NCBI GenBank assembly: GCA_964016885.1
Contig: OZ024749.1
Location: 22,506,001-22,570,000, forward strand
DNA: 64,000 nt
From: Eledone cirrhosa
Lineage: Eukaryota
Reading direction: 5' to 3'
Part shown: in pieces, positions 30,606-43,787 of the stretch
How the letters are laid out: each line of letters opens with the position of its first letter
Position numbering within the stretch: position 1 is the stretch's first letter
The notes under the pieces: generated by a model
Told to the model about the DNA's origin: nothing
Databases searched by the model: none
The model's input: the letters and a program-made list of their open reading frames with translations, nothing else
Position numbers and translations under genes: made by a program

Positions 30606-33075
30606 GCTCAAGTATTAATGTAAGGGAGATATATAGAGAGATATAGAGAGATATAGAGAGAGAACAAAAAATTTAAAAATAGCCAGACATATTCGAGGCG
30701 TAGAAAACCCTATGTTTTAATGTATTAGTATTTATAAAACTTACACTATATTGTAAATATCAGTATTCCTGAATGAAACAAGTATTCACAATGTGTGAAA
30801 ATTCATTATCTTATGTTTAGTTTTAAAAAATTCATATGTTTATGTGACAGCTACAAACATCAATGTGAATCCAACTGATTCACTCTGCAAACTTTTAGTT
30901 ACCGGAAAACATTCTCAGTGTGGTATAAAAATTTGAGCGTATTATTATTCTTGCGATTACTCTACAAGATTATCTATCAAGCAGAAATAGAGAGCAGATT
31001 TCAATATACTAATCGAAAATATATATTATATTATAAACAAAGATAACAATAATAATAATAATAAGTAAAAATATATAAAAATATAGAATAGAAAACTAAA
31101 AAAAATATATTACGAAAGAATATTACATAATAAAAATATTGCATATTAAAATACTACGTATTAAAAAATATTACGTATTAAAAATTTACATATAAAAATA
31201 TTAAAAATAAATTAAAAAAATAAAATAAAAAATAAAAATATTATAGAATACTACAATACTAAAAGAATAAAAATAAAAATAAAAATAAAAATAAAAATAA
31301 AAATAAAAATAAAAATAAAAATAAAAATGATAATAAAAATAAAATAAAAATAAACCACAAAGAACAACCCTTCAAAGTTAATTGACAATATATTGCCAAG
31401 TTCATTACAAGACAAAGCCAAAAATTATCTATCAAATCACATCTAGCAAAGAATATCGCAAAAAAAGATTATGATGTCCAATAATGTCTACATAAGTTCC
31501 TATATTTAATATAGAAGTTTATCTAGTGTAAGGTTAATCCAAAAAAAATTTGGAGCATCGGCTTTTAGGGTAGCTTAATTTTTCATGAGGAATGTTTAGA
31601 TAAAAAATAATAAAAAATAAAAATAAATAAAATAAAATAAACAATAGAAAGAGTAAAAAGAGGGAATCAAAGATTTAGGAATCAAAAGATTTATCGGCTA
31701 GTTCTCATATAAATATAAATCAAACTAAATATACTACATTTTAAATTTAAATTTATATTTAAACGTTGAGTTTAATCTATGTTTGCAACAACTGAATAAA
31801 TTTGTCCGTAGGTTAAGGGAATTTTTAGATTTTAGTATAAAGAATATCTTTAGTATAAAGATATTCTTTATACTAAAATCTAAAAATTCCCTTAACCTAC
31901 GGACAAATTTATTCAGTTGTTACAAACATAGATTAAACTCAACGTTTAAATATAAATTTAAATTTAAAATGTAGTATATTTAGTTTGATTTATATTTATA
32001 TGAGAACTAGCCGATAAATCTTTTGATTCCTAAATCTTTGATTCCCTCTTTTTACTCTTTCTATTGTTTATTTTATTTTATTTATTTTTATTTTTTATTA
32101 TTTTTTATCTAAACATTCCTCATGAAAAATTAAGCTACCCTAAAAGCCGATGCTCCAAATTTTTTTGAATTAACCTTACACTAGATAAACTTCTATATTA
32201 AATATAGGAACTTATGTAGACATTATTGGACATCATAATCTTTTTTTGCGATATTCTTTGCTAGATGTGATTTGATAGATAATTTTTGGCTTTGTCTTGT
32301 AATGAACTTGGCAATATATTGTCAATTAACTTTGAAGGGTTGTTCTTTGTGGTTTATTTTTATTTTATTTTTATTTTCATTTTTATTTTTATTTTTATTT
32401 TTATTTTTATTTTTATTCTTTTAGTATTGCAGTATTCTATAATATTTTTATTTTTTATTTTATTTTTTTATTTTATTTTTAATATTTTTATATGTAAATT
32501 TTTAATACGTAATATTTTTTAATACGTAGTATTTTAATATGCAATATTTTTATTATGTAATATTCTTTCGTAATATATTTTTTTTAGTTTTCTATTCTAT
32601 ATTTTTATATATTTTTACTTATTATTATTATTATTGTTATCTTTGTTTATAATATAATATATATTTTCGATTAGTATATTGAAATCTGCTCTCTATTTCT
32701 GCTTGATAGATAATCTTGTAGAGTAATCGCAAGAATAATAATACGCTCAAATTTTTATACCACACTGAGAATGTTTTCCGGTAACTAAAAGTTTGCAGAG
32801 TGAATCAGTTGGATTCACATTGATGTTTGTAGCTGTCACATAAACATATGAATTTTTTAAAACTAAACATAAGATAATGAATTTTCACACATTGTGAATA
32901 CTTGTTTCATTCAGGAATACTGATATTTACAATATAGTGTAAGTTTTATAAATACTAATACATTAAAACATAGGGTTTTCTACGCCTCGAATATGTCTGG
33001 CTATTTTTAAATTTTTGTCTCTCTCTATATCTCTCTATATCTCTCTATATATCTCCCTTACATTAATACTTGAGC

Positions 33076-33114
<39 letters not shown>

Positions 33115-33578
33115 ATGTATCATTGATACACTTACTCAAAATGACCTCCCACTACCTAATTGTCTATATATATATATGTATCTATCTCTATTTCCTCTCT
33201 CTCTCTATATATATATATCTTTCTGTCTCTTTACATGAAGCTCTTCGCTTTATCTATTTTTCCATCTCTCTATTTTGTCCCATGCATTTCTTCTTTTTCT
33301 TTTTCTTCTTTTTCTTCCTCTTCTTCGTTTTGTCTTTTTTTCTTTCTTTTTTCCCTCTTTTCTTTCTCTCTTTCTTTCTCTCTGTATTTTCACTGCTAGA
33401 GTAAACCTCTTCAAATGAAGTTGATGTTTATTACGGTATGTCGAATATATTTATCTATAAAACTGTTTATATTGTATTTTGTCTGATGAAGGCATAACAT
33501 ATTGTTAATATGATATCCCCGAAATATATATAATGAAATAAATATGGTTTTATAAATATAGTTTTCCATTTATTTAAT

Positions 33579-33583
<5 letters not shown>
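30016..33583. mobile_element. ~3.5 kb palindromic non-coding PLE-type insertion (family D); HHRs at 30145-30210 (-) and 33475-33540 (+)
   Basis: Arms ~30101-31852 and ~31856-33583, loop at 31853-31855; tattttgt-CTGATGA...GAAAT-atat-ATA-atgaaata at both ends. Confidence 0.9.
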
Positions 33584-33660
<77 letters not shown>

Positions 33661-33719
33661 TACATATATACATATATATATACATATATATATGTATATA
33701 TATATATATATATATTTAT

Positions 33720-34165
33720 ATGCAGAGGTTATATTTAATTTGTTGGGATTCAACAAGCTTAAACATTTTATAACTGATATAAAGCACTCAACAAGTTAGT
33801 GGAGTAAATACACGATATATTAATAAATGGAAACTATATTTATAAAACCATATTTATTTTATTATACATATTTCAAGGCAACCAAGGTAAATTATGGTGC
33901 GCTTTCTTCAGAAAAAATACAAATTTGGTTTATAAATAAATATTGACATACCCGGAGAAAAAAAGACAACCTTAACTATACAGGAAGCTCCAACCGTTAA
34001 TATTGTCTTTTTTTTCTTCTCCGGTATGTCAATATATATTTATAAACCAAATCTGTATTTTATCTGATGAAAGCGCACCATAATTTACCTTGGTTGCCCT
34101 TGAAATATGTATAATAAAATAAATATGGTTTTATAAATATAGTTTCCATTTATTAATATATTGTA
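33720..34165. mobile_element. Family D fold-back with HHRs 33855-33919 (-) and 34056-34121 (+)
   Basis: CTGAAGA/CTGATGA-aagcgcacca...tggttgcc-GAAAT-atgt-ATA; inverted arms. Confidence 0.85.
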
Positions 34166-34173
34166 TATATATA

Positions 34174-34566
34174 TATTTCTTTGGAGATACGACATATTTA
34201 TACAAATTGTATAAAGCTATGCTTGAAGCCAAATCCTATTTCTTTTCTATTATAAGTTGAGCCAAGTAATGCAGCTTCATATGCAAATGAGATTAATCAC
34301 CTCATTTACACAGACGAGAAAACTATATATTCTCGCCTGTCTTCTAGTCCAGCAGTCGCAAGCGGTGGGTGGGACCGTCCTGACGATGGCCAGTTAAGCT
34401 TGAAATGCATAGACGGTTTCCCACTTGCTTCTGCTGGGCATCACCAGAGGGCGTTAGCCCCCGGTGTTTGCATAGCTACGGCTTCCTGAAACCGTATTTC
34501 TTTCGAGATACGAAATATTTATACATATTGTATAAAGCTATACTTGAAGCGAAATCCTATTTCTTT
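34174..34566 (+). mobile_element. Terminally redundant 321-nt non-coding HHR element (retrozyme-like)
   Basis: ~70-bp direct repeat at 34174 and 34495; single HHR inside; (TA)n flanks. Confidence 0.82.
34374..34417 (+). ncRNA. Minimal type I hammerhead with extendable stem I
   Basis: accgtc-CTGACGA-tggc..gctt-GAAAT-gc-ATA-gacggt; flanks gtggg/cccac extend stem I. Confidence 0.85.
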
Positions 34567-34821
34567 ATATATATATATATAACAATATATTTAGAAACAC
34601 ACAGATACATGCGGTCACACACATATACATGAATGCATCCAGACCCAACCGTGAGTTAAGGGTGCCAACCTCACCGATGTTGCTCAACGAATGACTGGGA
34701 CAGACCAATCCGGTTGAAACAGACTGAACCAGTATCAGAGTTAAAAATACATTATGAAGAGAGAAGAAACATTTAGATATAATTAGTAATAAAATGTATC
34801 ATACCTAAACTGCTCCTAGAT

Positions 34822-34911
34822 TCCTCGACTACGTAGTTTCGTGGCATAAACAAAAACAATACATCATAAAGATATAGAGTCCTTGCGAGGTCTGCCGACT
34901 TATCAAGAGGA
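34822..34911 (-). ncRNA. Hammerhead with U3-A8 core (TTGATAA) in fold-back element ~34630-35096
   Basis: tcctc-TTGATAA-gt.ggca...tgcc.ac-GAAAC-tacgta-GTC-gagga; 34751-34840 inverted at 35008-35096. Confidence 0.8.
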
Positions 34912-35091
34912 TACCTCATTTTACTAGCCTCAAGAACGCGTCTACACGACGTGAGAAAGAATCCCAAAAGGCGGAGGGGGAGATAGTCACGCGATATAAC
35001 GGTCGAGAAACTACGTAGTTGAGGAATCTAGGAGCAGTTTAGGTATGATACATTTTATTACTAATTATATCTAAATGTTTCTTCTCTCTTC

Positions 35092-35144
<53 letters not shown>

Positions 35145-35224
35145 GTGTGTGTGTGTGTCTGTGTTTATCAAATTGTGTGATGCAATGTCTCTTTTCTTCT
35201 ACGTTTAATAGATGTGTATATATA

Positions 35225-35324
<100 letters not shown>

Positions 35325-35481
35325 AAATATATGTAGTAATACACATAGTAAATTGTGTGTTTAAAATTACGAGGGTTGTATATATATATATATCTTTTTG
35401 AGTTGAGTTTGAATTATTTTTCCCACATCTTACGTTAACTATTTTTCTCATTTTGACGCTATAGTCACTTATATATTATAT

Positions 35482-36457
35482 ACCAGATAGAAAAATGCGT
35501 ACCGCAAAAAAAAGTAATATTGTTGGAATATAAACCTTTAAAAATACAGGACAAGAAACTAAAATAAAACTTTAAAAGAATAGGACAAGAAACTAAGATA
35601 AAACTTTAAAGAATTGGACAAGAAATAAAAACTTTACAATAATATTAGTGGCGAAATTTTTATTGGTAAAAAATCGAGTTCCACATTCATAGGCTCTGGG
35701 TACCACATTCAGAGGTCGTCGTCAGACCGGGGGATCATTTGATTATGGTTTGAACACCAATTGGGCCATAACCATACCACTATCTCATCATTCGGCGACA
35801 CGCCTCATGGTCATGCATAATGTGAATGGACCCATGGGCCCATGAGCACAGATCTTGAGCAGCAGCGGACGGTCTTGTCGTCCCGCTCATCCGTGATCTT
35901 GACCAACCCGTCCATCTTCTCCTTGCATCTTGTCCTTGAGTTCAAATCCGGCAGTCCAGATGAATGCGTGCCACAGCTTTCTGGTACAGAAAGGAGGAGC
36001 AGGAGGACTGGAGGGATGACGGGACAGAAGGAGGGAGGACCGGTGGTTGAGGGAGGTGCCGTAGTCGGTGGTCAGAGTCGACATCTTGTCCCGGTCGTCT
36101 TCTCCATCTTCGTCTGGTGTTGCGGGACCAGAAGTGCATTCTTTGAGGAGACCTGCAGCTGCATCGGCCAATTCTTCTTATACTGGTCATTCTGACGGAG
36201 CAGAACTTCTCAGCCAACCAACCCCAACCAGAACCAACCGCTCAGGGGCAACGCACAATGAGAGCACGACAATTATTATGCACTAATCAAGAAGATACTG
36301 GGGCATAGCACAGGAAACGAATAAAAAAATGTTGCCACATTGTAAACTTTTTTATTTCTTGTCCAATTCTTTAAAGTTTTATCTTAGTTTCTTGTCCTAT
36401 TCTTTTAAAGTTTTATTTTAGTTACTTTTTTTTGCTGTACGCATTTTTCTATCTGGT
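35482..36457. mobile_element. Non-autonomous TIR element with long, internally repetitive TIRs and a GC-rich core
   Basis: accagatagaaaaatgcgtac...gtacgcatttttctatctggt termini; ~31-bp subterminal repeats ggacaagaaactaaRataaaacttt on both arms. Confidence 0.8.
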
Positions 36458-36942
36458 CTACTATTTTTTAAGGCAATGCAAGCAACAACTATCTAATAAT
36501 TAAATGATCATAGTGAATTACTGACAAGTGATTGACATTTTAAAGTTCTTTTGAGTATAATTGCAATCTAGTTGAGGCAACTGGCTTAATGACAAAGCTA
36601 GTAAATCATGAATGCATTTGAGATGATTAGTGCATAATAGTGAATTAGTGAAACTTGTGCATTTCAATGGTGTTACGGATAAAAACTGATACTGCTGTCT
36701 ACGACCTTTATATAGGATTGTCATGTTTCTCTGTATCTGCAATGTGGGTATACAAAATAAGAATTATGATATTAACTTTTATTTTAAATCCCCCAAAATG
36801 CTGTGCATGAAAACTTCAAAAAGTAATTCTATTTCTATTGATGACCTCTTAGTTGCTCATACTAATTTTGTAAAAGATTTCAAGCCAATAATCAGAATGA
36901 TCTGGTATAATTTCTATGCAGATAAATGACTAATTAGTATAA

Positions 36943-37009
36943 AGGGCCATCCAGATATCATGTGGACACCGCGAACCAAAAATGGTCACATGATATCTGG
37001 ATGGCTCCT
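36943..37009. repeat. Tiny hairpin/MITE remnant
   Basis: gccatccagatatcatgtg ... cacatgatatctggatggc. Confidence 0.6.
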
Positions 37010-37493
37010 AAGCATCCCCTCCACATGGCGGGGACATGGGTCATCATCGTGGAGCATTCACCTATTTTAAAAATATTAGACTATGATAAATGAATTTAGT
37101 TAAAAATACAATTTGAAATATATTAGATAATAGAGAGAGAATCGTAATTACCTCCCCTTGTAATTACCTCGTAATTACCTCGTAATTACCTCCCCTAGCG
37201 TCACGCTTACTACTCACTCACTTGAACACAATATTTATCAGCAAACTTTGATTATAAACTTTTTCCCGCTGGACCAAATCTCTAGATTTTTAAACCAAAA
37301 GATGCGTAATGATCTACTGTTCATGCTCATATAAGTTTTATCTCAGTTATATCAAGTAGAGCCGCGCTGTACTGTCGTAAACAGACGATTGCCAACGAAA
37401 ACACGACTACAACAATATTACTAAACGGACTACCGTCCGTTTAGGATTATGAAATACTGTTGGCTTTTTGCTACAATATTTTCTCTACCTTTC

Positions 37494-37596
<103 letters not shown>

Positions 37597-37640
37597 TATA
37601 TATATACAACCCTCGTAATTTTTACTGTGTTATTTACTAC

Positions 37641-37705
<65 letters not shown>

Positions 37706-38136
37706 CACACTTCTATTAAACGTAGAAGAAAAGAGACATTGCATCACACAATGAGATAAACACATTGACGAAGGTGATAGTTACTCTAATAAAGAAAGGT
37801 GAAAGATAAAGTTGACGACTCCGCAAATTTGCTGTCTTTTGTAACATATATACACATATATAAACTGACATTCCGTCGGTTCTTACGAGGAGTTTTCTAG
37901 TTGATACTATCACCGTAACTGCCTGCTTATGAAATTAACGAGCAAGTGGTTAAACACGTGTACCGTTAACGTAATTTTCAGGGAGATTCAGCATGGGACA
38001 GAATATGCCAAGGCTCGCCCTTCGAATTACAGGTATAACTCATTTTTTTCCAGCTGAGTTGACTGGAGCAACGTGAAATAAAATGTTTTGCTGAAGGACA
38101 CTGCGTGCTACCGGGAATCAATCTTTCACCTACATA

Positions 38137-38363
38137 CAGGGTAGGCCAGAATTCATGACTCGCTTGTTGGTTATATTTCTGAACATGGAAAACCGAATTA
38201 ACTAAGCAACGCATTAATTAAATGTGTACATTTGTATGCTTAGTGTATCTTGTTTATGATCTTATGCCTGTATATGTTATTATATTCCTTAACTTGTTTT
38301 ATAACATTTTGTGTTAATAGATATATAAATAATCAAGTGAGTCATGAATTCTGGCTCACCCTG
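38137..38363. mobile_element. Tc1/mariner-type MITE with TA target duplication, next to or inside a SINE (38000-38130)
   Basis: TA|cagggtaggccagaattcatgactc ... gagtcatgaattctggctcaccctg|TA. Confidence 0.85.
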
Positions 38364-39089
38364 TACATATGACTATAGTAAACCTCACTATATTCCCACC
38401 ATTCTCCGGGGAAACGCCTTCTCCATTCTGTTGGCCGGGGCTGTTGGGAGGCCAGCACGTAGGACCCCATTTGCCCTGCATACGGAGAGATGGTAAGGGG
38501 GAGAGAGATGGAGGCGATGAGTGTGGGAGCTCCGCTCTTCCAGGTTCGGACAATATCATTGTGGTTCTGTTCATCAAGTCTTATTGAGTTAATCCTAGTT
38601 ATTTGGCAGTATCGGTAGAGGGTCGGACGCCATGCTTTCCAGCATAGTTACGTCCCTTTACGATCTGAGTTCAAATCTCGCCGAGGTTGACTTTGCCTTT
38701 CATCCTTACGGGGTCGATAACATAAAGTACCAGTAATGTACTGTGTAATTGCTGGCCTTGTGCCTAAAGTAGAAACAATTATTTCTCTTTAGGTAGAAAA
38801 TATCATTTCCCACCTGTCATTTATTTATATTTACATATAATTTATTTACTTCTATATTATTATTCACACACAACAAAGCATAAACACATATATATACATA
38901 TGTATACATATATATCCAATCACCGCACATATATACCTTTAGACACCTGCTTATGATGTTAATTTATCTTCTGTATGTGAATAGAATTAAGCGGGATGAA
39001 CTCATTATGGAGATGGGAAAAAGAGTGGATGGGTTGATAACAAGGATGGGAGTGGGAGCATACATTTATTGTAGAAGTGGGTGTAGGTA

Positions 39090-39723
39090 GGAAGTATTCA
39101 TTATGGAATAAAAGAAGGGAGGAAGCGTTCACTATGGAATAAGATAAGGGGGTGGAGAGTTCATTATGGAAATGGGAGTGGACAAGAAGAGTTTATTATG
39201 GAAATACGAGAAGAGGGAGGGAGAGTTCATTTTGGAAGTATGAGAAGCGGAGGAAGGGTTTATTATAGAAATGGGTGTGGAGAGTTCAATATGGAAATAT
39301 GAAAAGGGATGGGAAAGCTCATTATGAGAATATAAGAAGGGAAGAGGAGTCCAAATTAGAAATATGGGAAGGGGAGGGAAAGTCCAAAATAGAAATATGA
39401 GAAGGGGAGAGGGAGTTTATTATGGAAATATGAGAGGATAAGAAGAGTTCATTATAGAAATATGAGAAGGCGTGGGAGAGTTCATTATATAAATATGAGA
39501 CGATGTGGGAGAGTTCATTATAGAAATATGAGAGGTAAGAAGAGTTCATTATAGAAATATAAGAAGGGGTGGGAGAGTTCGTTATATAAATATGAGAAAG
39601 TGTGGGACAGTTCATTATAGAAATATGAGAGGTAAGAAGAGTTCATTATAGAAATATGAGAAGTGGAGGGGTCGTTCATTATATAAATATGTGAAGGTGT
39701 GGGAGAGCAGCTCATTATAGAAA
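39090..39723. repeat. ~30-bp minisatellite
   Basis: Unit gagttcattatagaaatatgagaaggNgtggga, about 20 diverged copies. Confidence 0.9.
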
Positions 39724-40089
39724 TGTCAATGTGATATACAAGTTTACTAAATTAGTAAAGTCAACATATCTTTTATTTATTTCTTCACAATATTGACGTA
39801 TTGATCTCTGGTGAATTAACATTTAACTAACACAACGACATCTACATACATGCTATGGGCGTATATATGTGTTTAAGTATGTATGTTTGATTGTATGTGT
39901 ATATGTATGTACGTATGTATCTATCTATCTATCTTTCTATCTATCTATCTATTTATCTATCGTTATATATATATAGTTATGTAATAAACAACATAAGGCA
40001 ATTATTTCATTTACCAGTGGTTTCTTAAAAGCAAAAGATTTTGCTTTCAATCAGCAGAATGAAAAAATAATGGCGTATTTATTGACGTT

Positions 40090-40176
<87 letters not shown>

Positions 40177-40919
40177 CAGATTTCTGTCTATCTGTGTAAA
40201 TCCCTAAAACTCAAGAAGTATCCGACCGATTTTTTTTCAAACTCTACACATATTTTACTTATATTTCTTGAAGTGCAATGGGCTAATTTTTAGTTTTTTT
40301 TTAGCCATACCTTAAAGATAATCCAGCCGATATCCTCGAAATTTGCAGCACGCATTAGTTAGTCCCCTCGCATTACTGTGGACGAAAAGAATTTCCGATT
40401 CTATTAATGGTTTCTAGGAAATTTACGAATTAGCATTGGGCATTACATGCCATTTCCATTGTCAATATAAACGGTACTTAAACAACGTAAGTAGCGTATA
40501 ATATTTCGTTAAAAATTTGGTTTATTTAACAGAGGACACAACACTTACTTTTAAGCAGGATTATTTTCGGGGGATTGAGGAAATGAGGAGGACTTTAAAA
40601 TTGTTGTCGCCCCCCCCCCCCCTCTGTTGACGCTTCGTGCTTTCATCACGTGCAAATCTGGGTCCTATGTACGTTGCTGTGTTATTGATACCGTACAACT
40701 CACGTCTGTGCTACTTCTACTAAGACCCCTTTTGTTGCACCTACACCGCAGTATGAACGCCCTGCGCAAGTATGCCGGACAGCGGTTGTGCTAATTCCGC
40801 GGTGACCCCTTTTGTCGCACCTTTGTTGCTGTGTAAACTCAGTGCAACCAGTGCAGCCCAGGGTCTGTGCTAATTGCCCTATGCCGCCATTCTGCTGCAT
40901 CGCCACCTATAACACTAAG

Positions 40920-41370
40920 AGCGCTACCTCTACCACCAACACCAACACCAACACTACAACCATTACAACCACTAACATCACCGCTACTATTAACACCACC
41001 TCCACTACCAACATCACCAACATCGCTACCAATAACACCACCAACATGACTACCGCTACCACTACCACTACCACCCCTACCAGCAGCAGCACCACCACCA
41101 AAACTGCTACCACTACACCCACCATCAACACCGCCACCACTACCACCACTGCCACCACCACCGCCATCTCCACCACCACCATCACCAACACCACCACCAT
41201 TACCACCACTAACACCACGACGACGACGACGACCACCACGACCACCACTATTACCACTACCACTACCACCAACACCAACACCCCCACCACCAGCACTACC
41301 ACAACCACCACCGTCACTATCATCACCACAGCCGCGACCACCATCACCACCACATTACACACAACCACAT
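40920..41370. repeat. Degenerate (ACC)n repeat (also (GGT)n 19320-19525 and (GAT)n 52385-52640)
   Basis: Trinucleotide periodicity; poly-T/V/D ORFs are by-products. Confidence 0.85.
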
Positions 41371-41620
41371 AATCACAAGCTTACACCAAATTCAAAGCAG
41401 AAGACATCAAAACACTAAATATATTATAAGGCAAAGAATCAACTTGACAATGATATATGTCGTAAAATGGCGACTAAATTAGTGAGCTGAGCTGCCATGT
41501 TGATTGTCAAGAAAATTACTCTTCAATATGTCGTATGTTACGTAACTTATACTGACAAGTAAGACAACACTTAAACATTTTCATTACACTTCATGAAATT
41601 TTACTGATTACACTCGGGCG

Positions 41621-41670
<50 letters not shown>

Positions 41671-43090
41671 GATATATGAATACATACATATGTACATATA
41701 TACACATATACATATATATATATGCATACATAAATACACAAATATATACATATGCATCTAACTATCTATATAAATAAATAAATAAATAAATATATATATA
41801 CATATACAAATAATACAAAAAGTAGTAGTGGTACGAGTAATCATTTTAGTAAAAGTTGTAGTTAAACAATATTGTTAATAATAATAATAATAATTGTTTC
41901 TACTTTTGGCACAAGGCCAGCAATTACCCAGTGCATTACTGGTACTTTATTTTATCGACCCCGTGAGGATGAAAAGCAAAGTTAACCTCGGCGGGATTTG
42001 AATTCAGAATAGCAAGGGCCGTAACTCTATGTTGAAAATCATGCTGTCCGACCCTCTGGTTTAATTTATTGACCACAAGGACCGACATATAGGGGACGAT
42101 ACACTAGATAGGGACAGTGGGTGTTTACATATAAAACGTGTAAAAATATAAATAACATAACAAAATAGCAAGAAAAATGCAATAACGAGAATTCCCTAAT
42201 AGGGGTGATAACCACCCAGGGTTGATTCAGGTACCCCACAAATCCTGAACCACCCGACGCTTTGAGTGCACCCGGGAAGGGCACCCCTATCCTCATCAAA
42301 TTCAGCAGCCTACAAGCGCATGATAATAATAAGAAATAATGATTTCATATATAGGCACAAGGCCAGCAATTTTGGAGGGGAGGGGAAAGTCGATTAAATC
42401 GACCCCAGTGCATGGTTGGTATTTTAATATTATTAATATTAATGATATTAATTGTTTCTACTTTTCGCACCAGGCCAGCAATAACCCAGTGTATTACTGG
42501 TACTTTACTTTATCGACCCCGTAAGGATGAAAGGCAAAGTTAACGTCGGCGGGATTTGAACTCAGAATGGCAAGGGCCGTAACTCTATGCGTCTGACCCT
42601 CTACCGATACTGCCAATCCACCGCCCTTATAATGATTTCTAGTATAGGCACAATGCCAGTAATTTGTAGGGAGGGGAAAGTCGATTAAACCGACCGCAGT
42701 ACGTTACTGGTACTTTATTTTATCGATCCCGTAAGAATGAGAGTCAAAGCCTAACCTCAGCGAGATTTGAACTCAGATCATAAAGGTCTGCAAAGCATGG
42801 CGGCCGACCCACTACTGATACTGCCAATCGACCTCCCATATAATAATAAGTAATAATATCTAGAATAAAATCTATATTAACATTGACTAAAATATTTTAA
42901 ACAATTGTAATGACAATGTACAACATCTAAATACTATGGCGATGGCGTATTACTATATATCATTAACATAGTCGAAAATATCAAATATTCGTTCATACGT
43001 ACACGTATATACATATAAACACTCACATATATAAGCACACGCGCCCATAAATGCGCGCACACACGTACATCTACACGCACACACACACAC

Positions 43091-43131
<41 letters not shown>

Positions 43132-43328
43132 CACACACTTACACACACACACACATAATACCTTCATATAAAAAACAACAAAAAGGCACAAGTTAACTAT
43201 ATAAATATGTATGTATGTATGTATGAATATATATATACATTCATTCATTCTCATCTCGGGAACAATTTTGAATAGCGCCAGTTCGTAATTTGAACTCGGG
43301 AATTTTATATTCTCCGAGTGAAAAGAAC

Positions 43329-43411
43329 CTTCTGACGAGAGTTTATCTTTTCAATGGAAGGCCGCAAAGACTGTCCATTTATTTTTGAGACTCGAAACCG
43401 ATTCGGTAAAG
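43329..43411 (+). ncRNA. Type I hammerhead with long stem II
   Basis: ctt-CTGACGA-gagttt...agactc-GAAACCG-att-CGGTA-aag; ~75 nt before a (TA)n tract. Confidence 0.8.
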
Positions 43412-43534
43412 TGAACAATAGTGAGTACAGTGAATTTTTTGAAATTTATTTTGAAACTTTTTCTTATTTGCTAAACCTTGATTATATAAATATATACTAT
43501 ATATGCATATATATATATATTCATATATATATGC

Positions 43535-43594
<60 letters not shown>

Positions 43595-43658
43595 CTAAAT
43601 GTATATATATATACATACATACACATATATATAAATATATATATAAATATATATATGA

Positions 43659-43723
<65 letters not shown>

Positions 43724-43787
43724 TAAATATATATATAAATATATATTTATATATATATATACTAAAGAACAGACGGACCAGAACCAC

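Noticed and set aside
39090-39723. ~30-bp repeats as a CRISPR array
   Set aside because: Contiguous degenerate tandem units with no unique spacers, no cas genes and a eukaryotic context
40812-41372. Mucin-like Thr-rich exon (and Asp-rich ORF 52378-52743)
   Set aside because: Degenerate trinucleotide repeats with no splice or flanking coding support; cannot be fully excluded without RNA data
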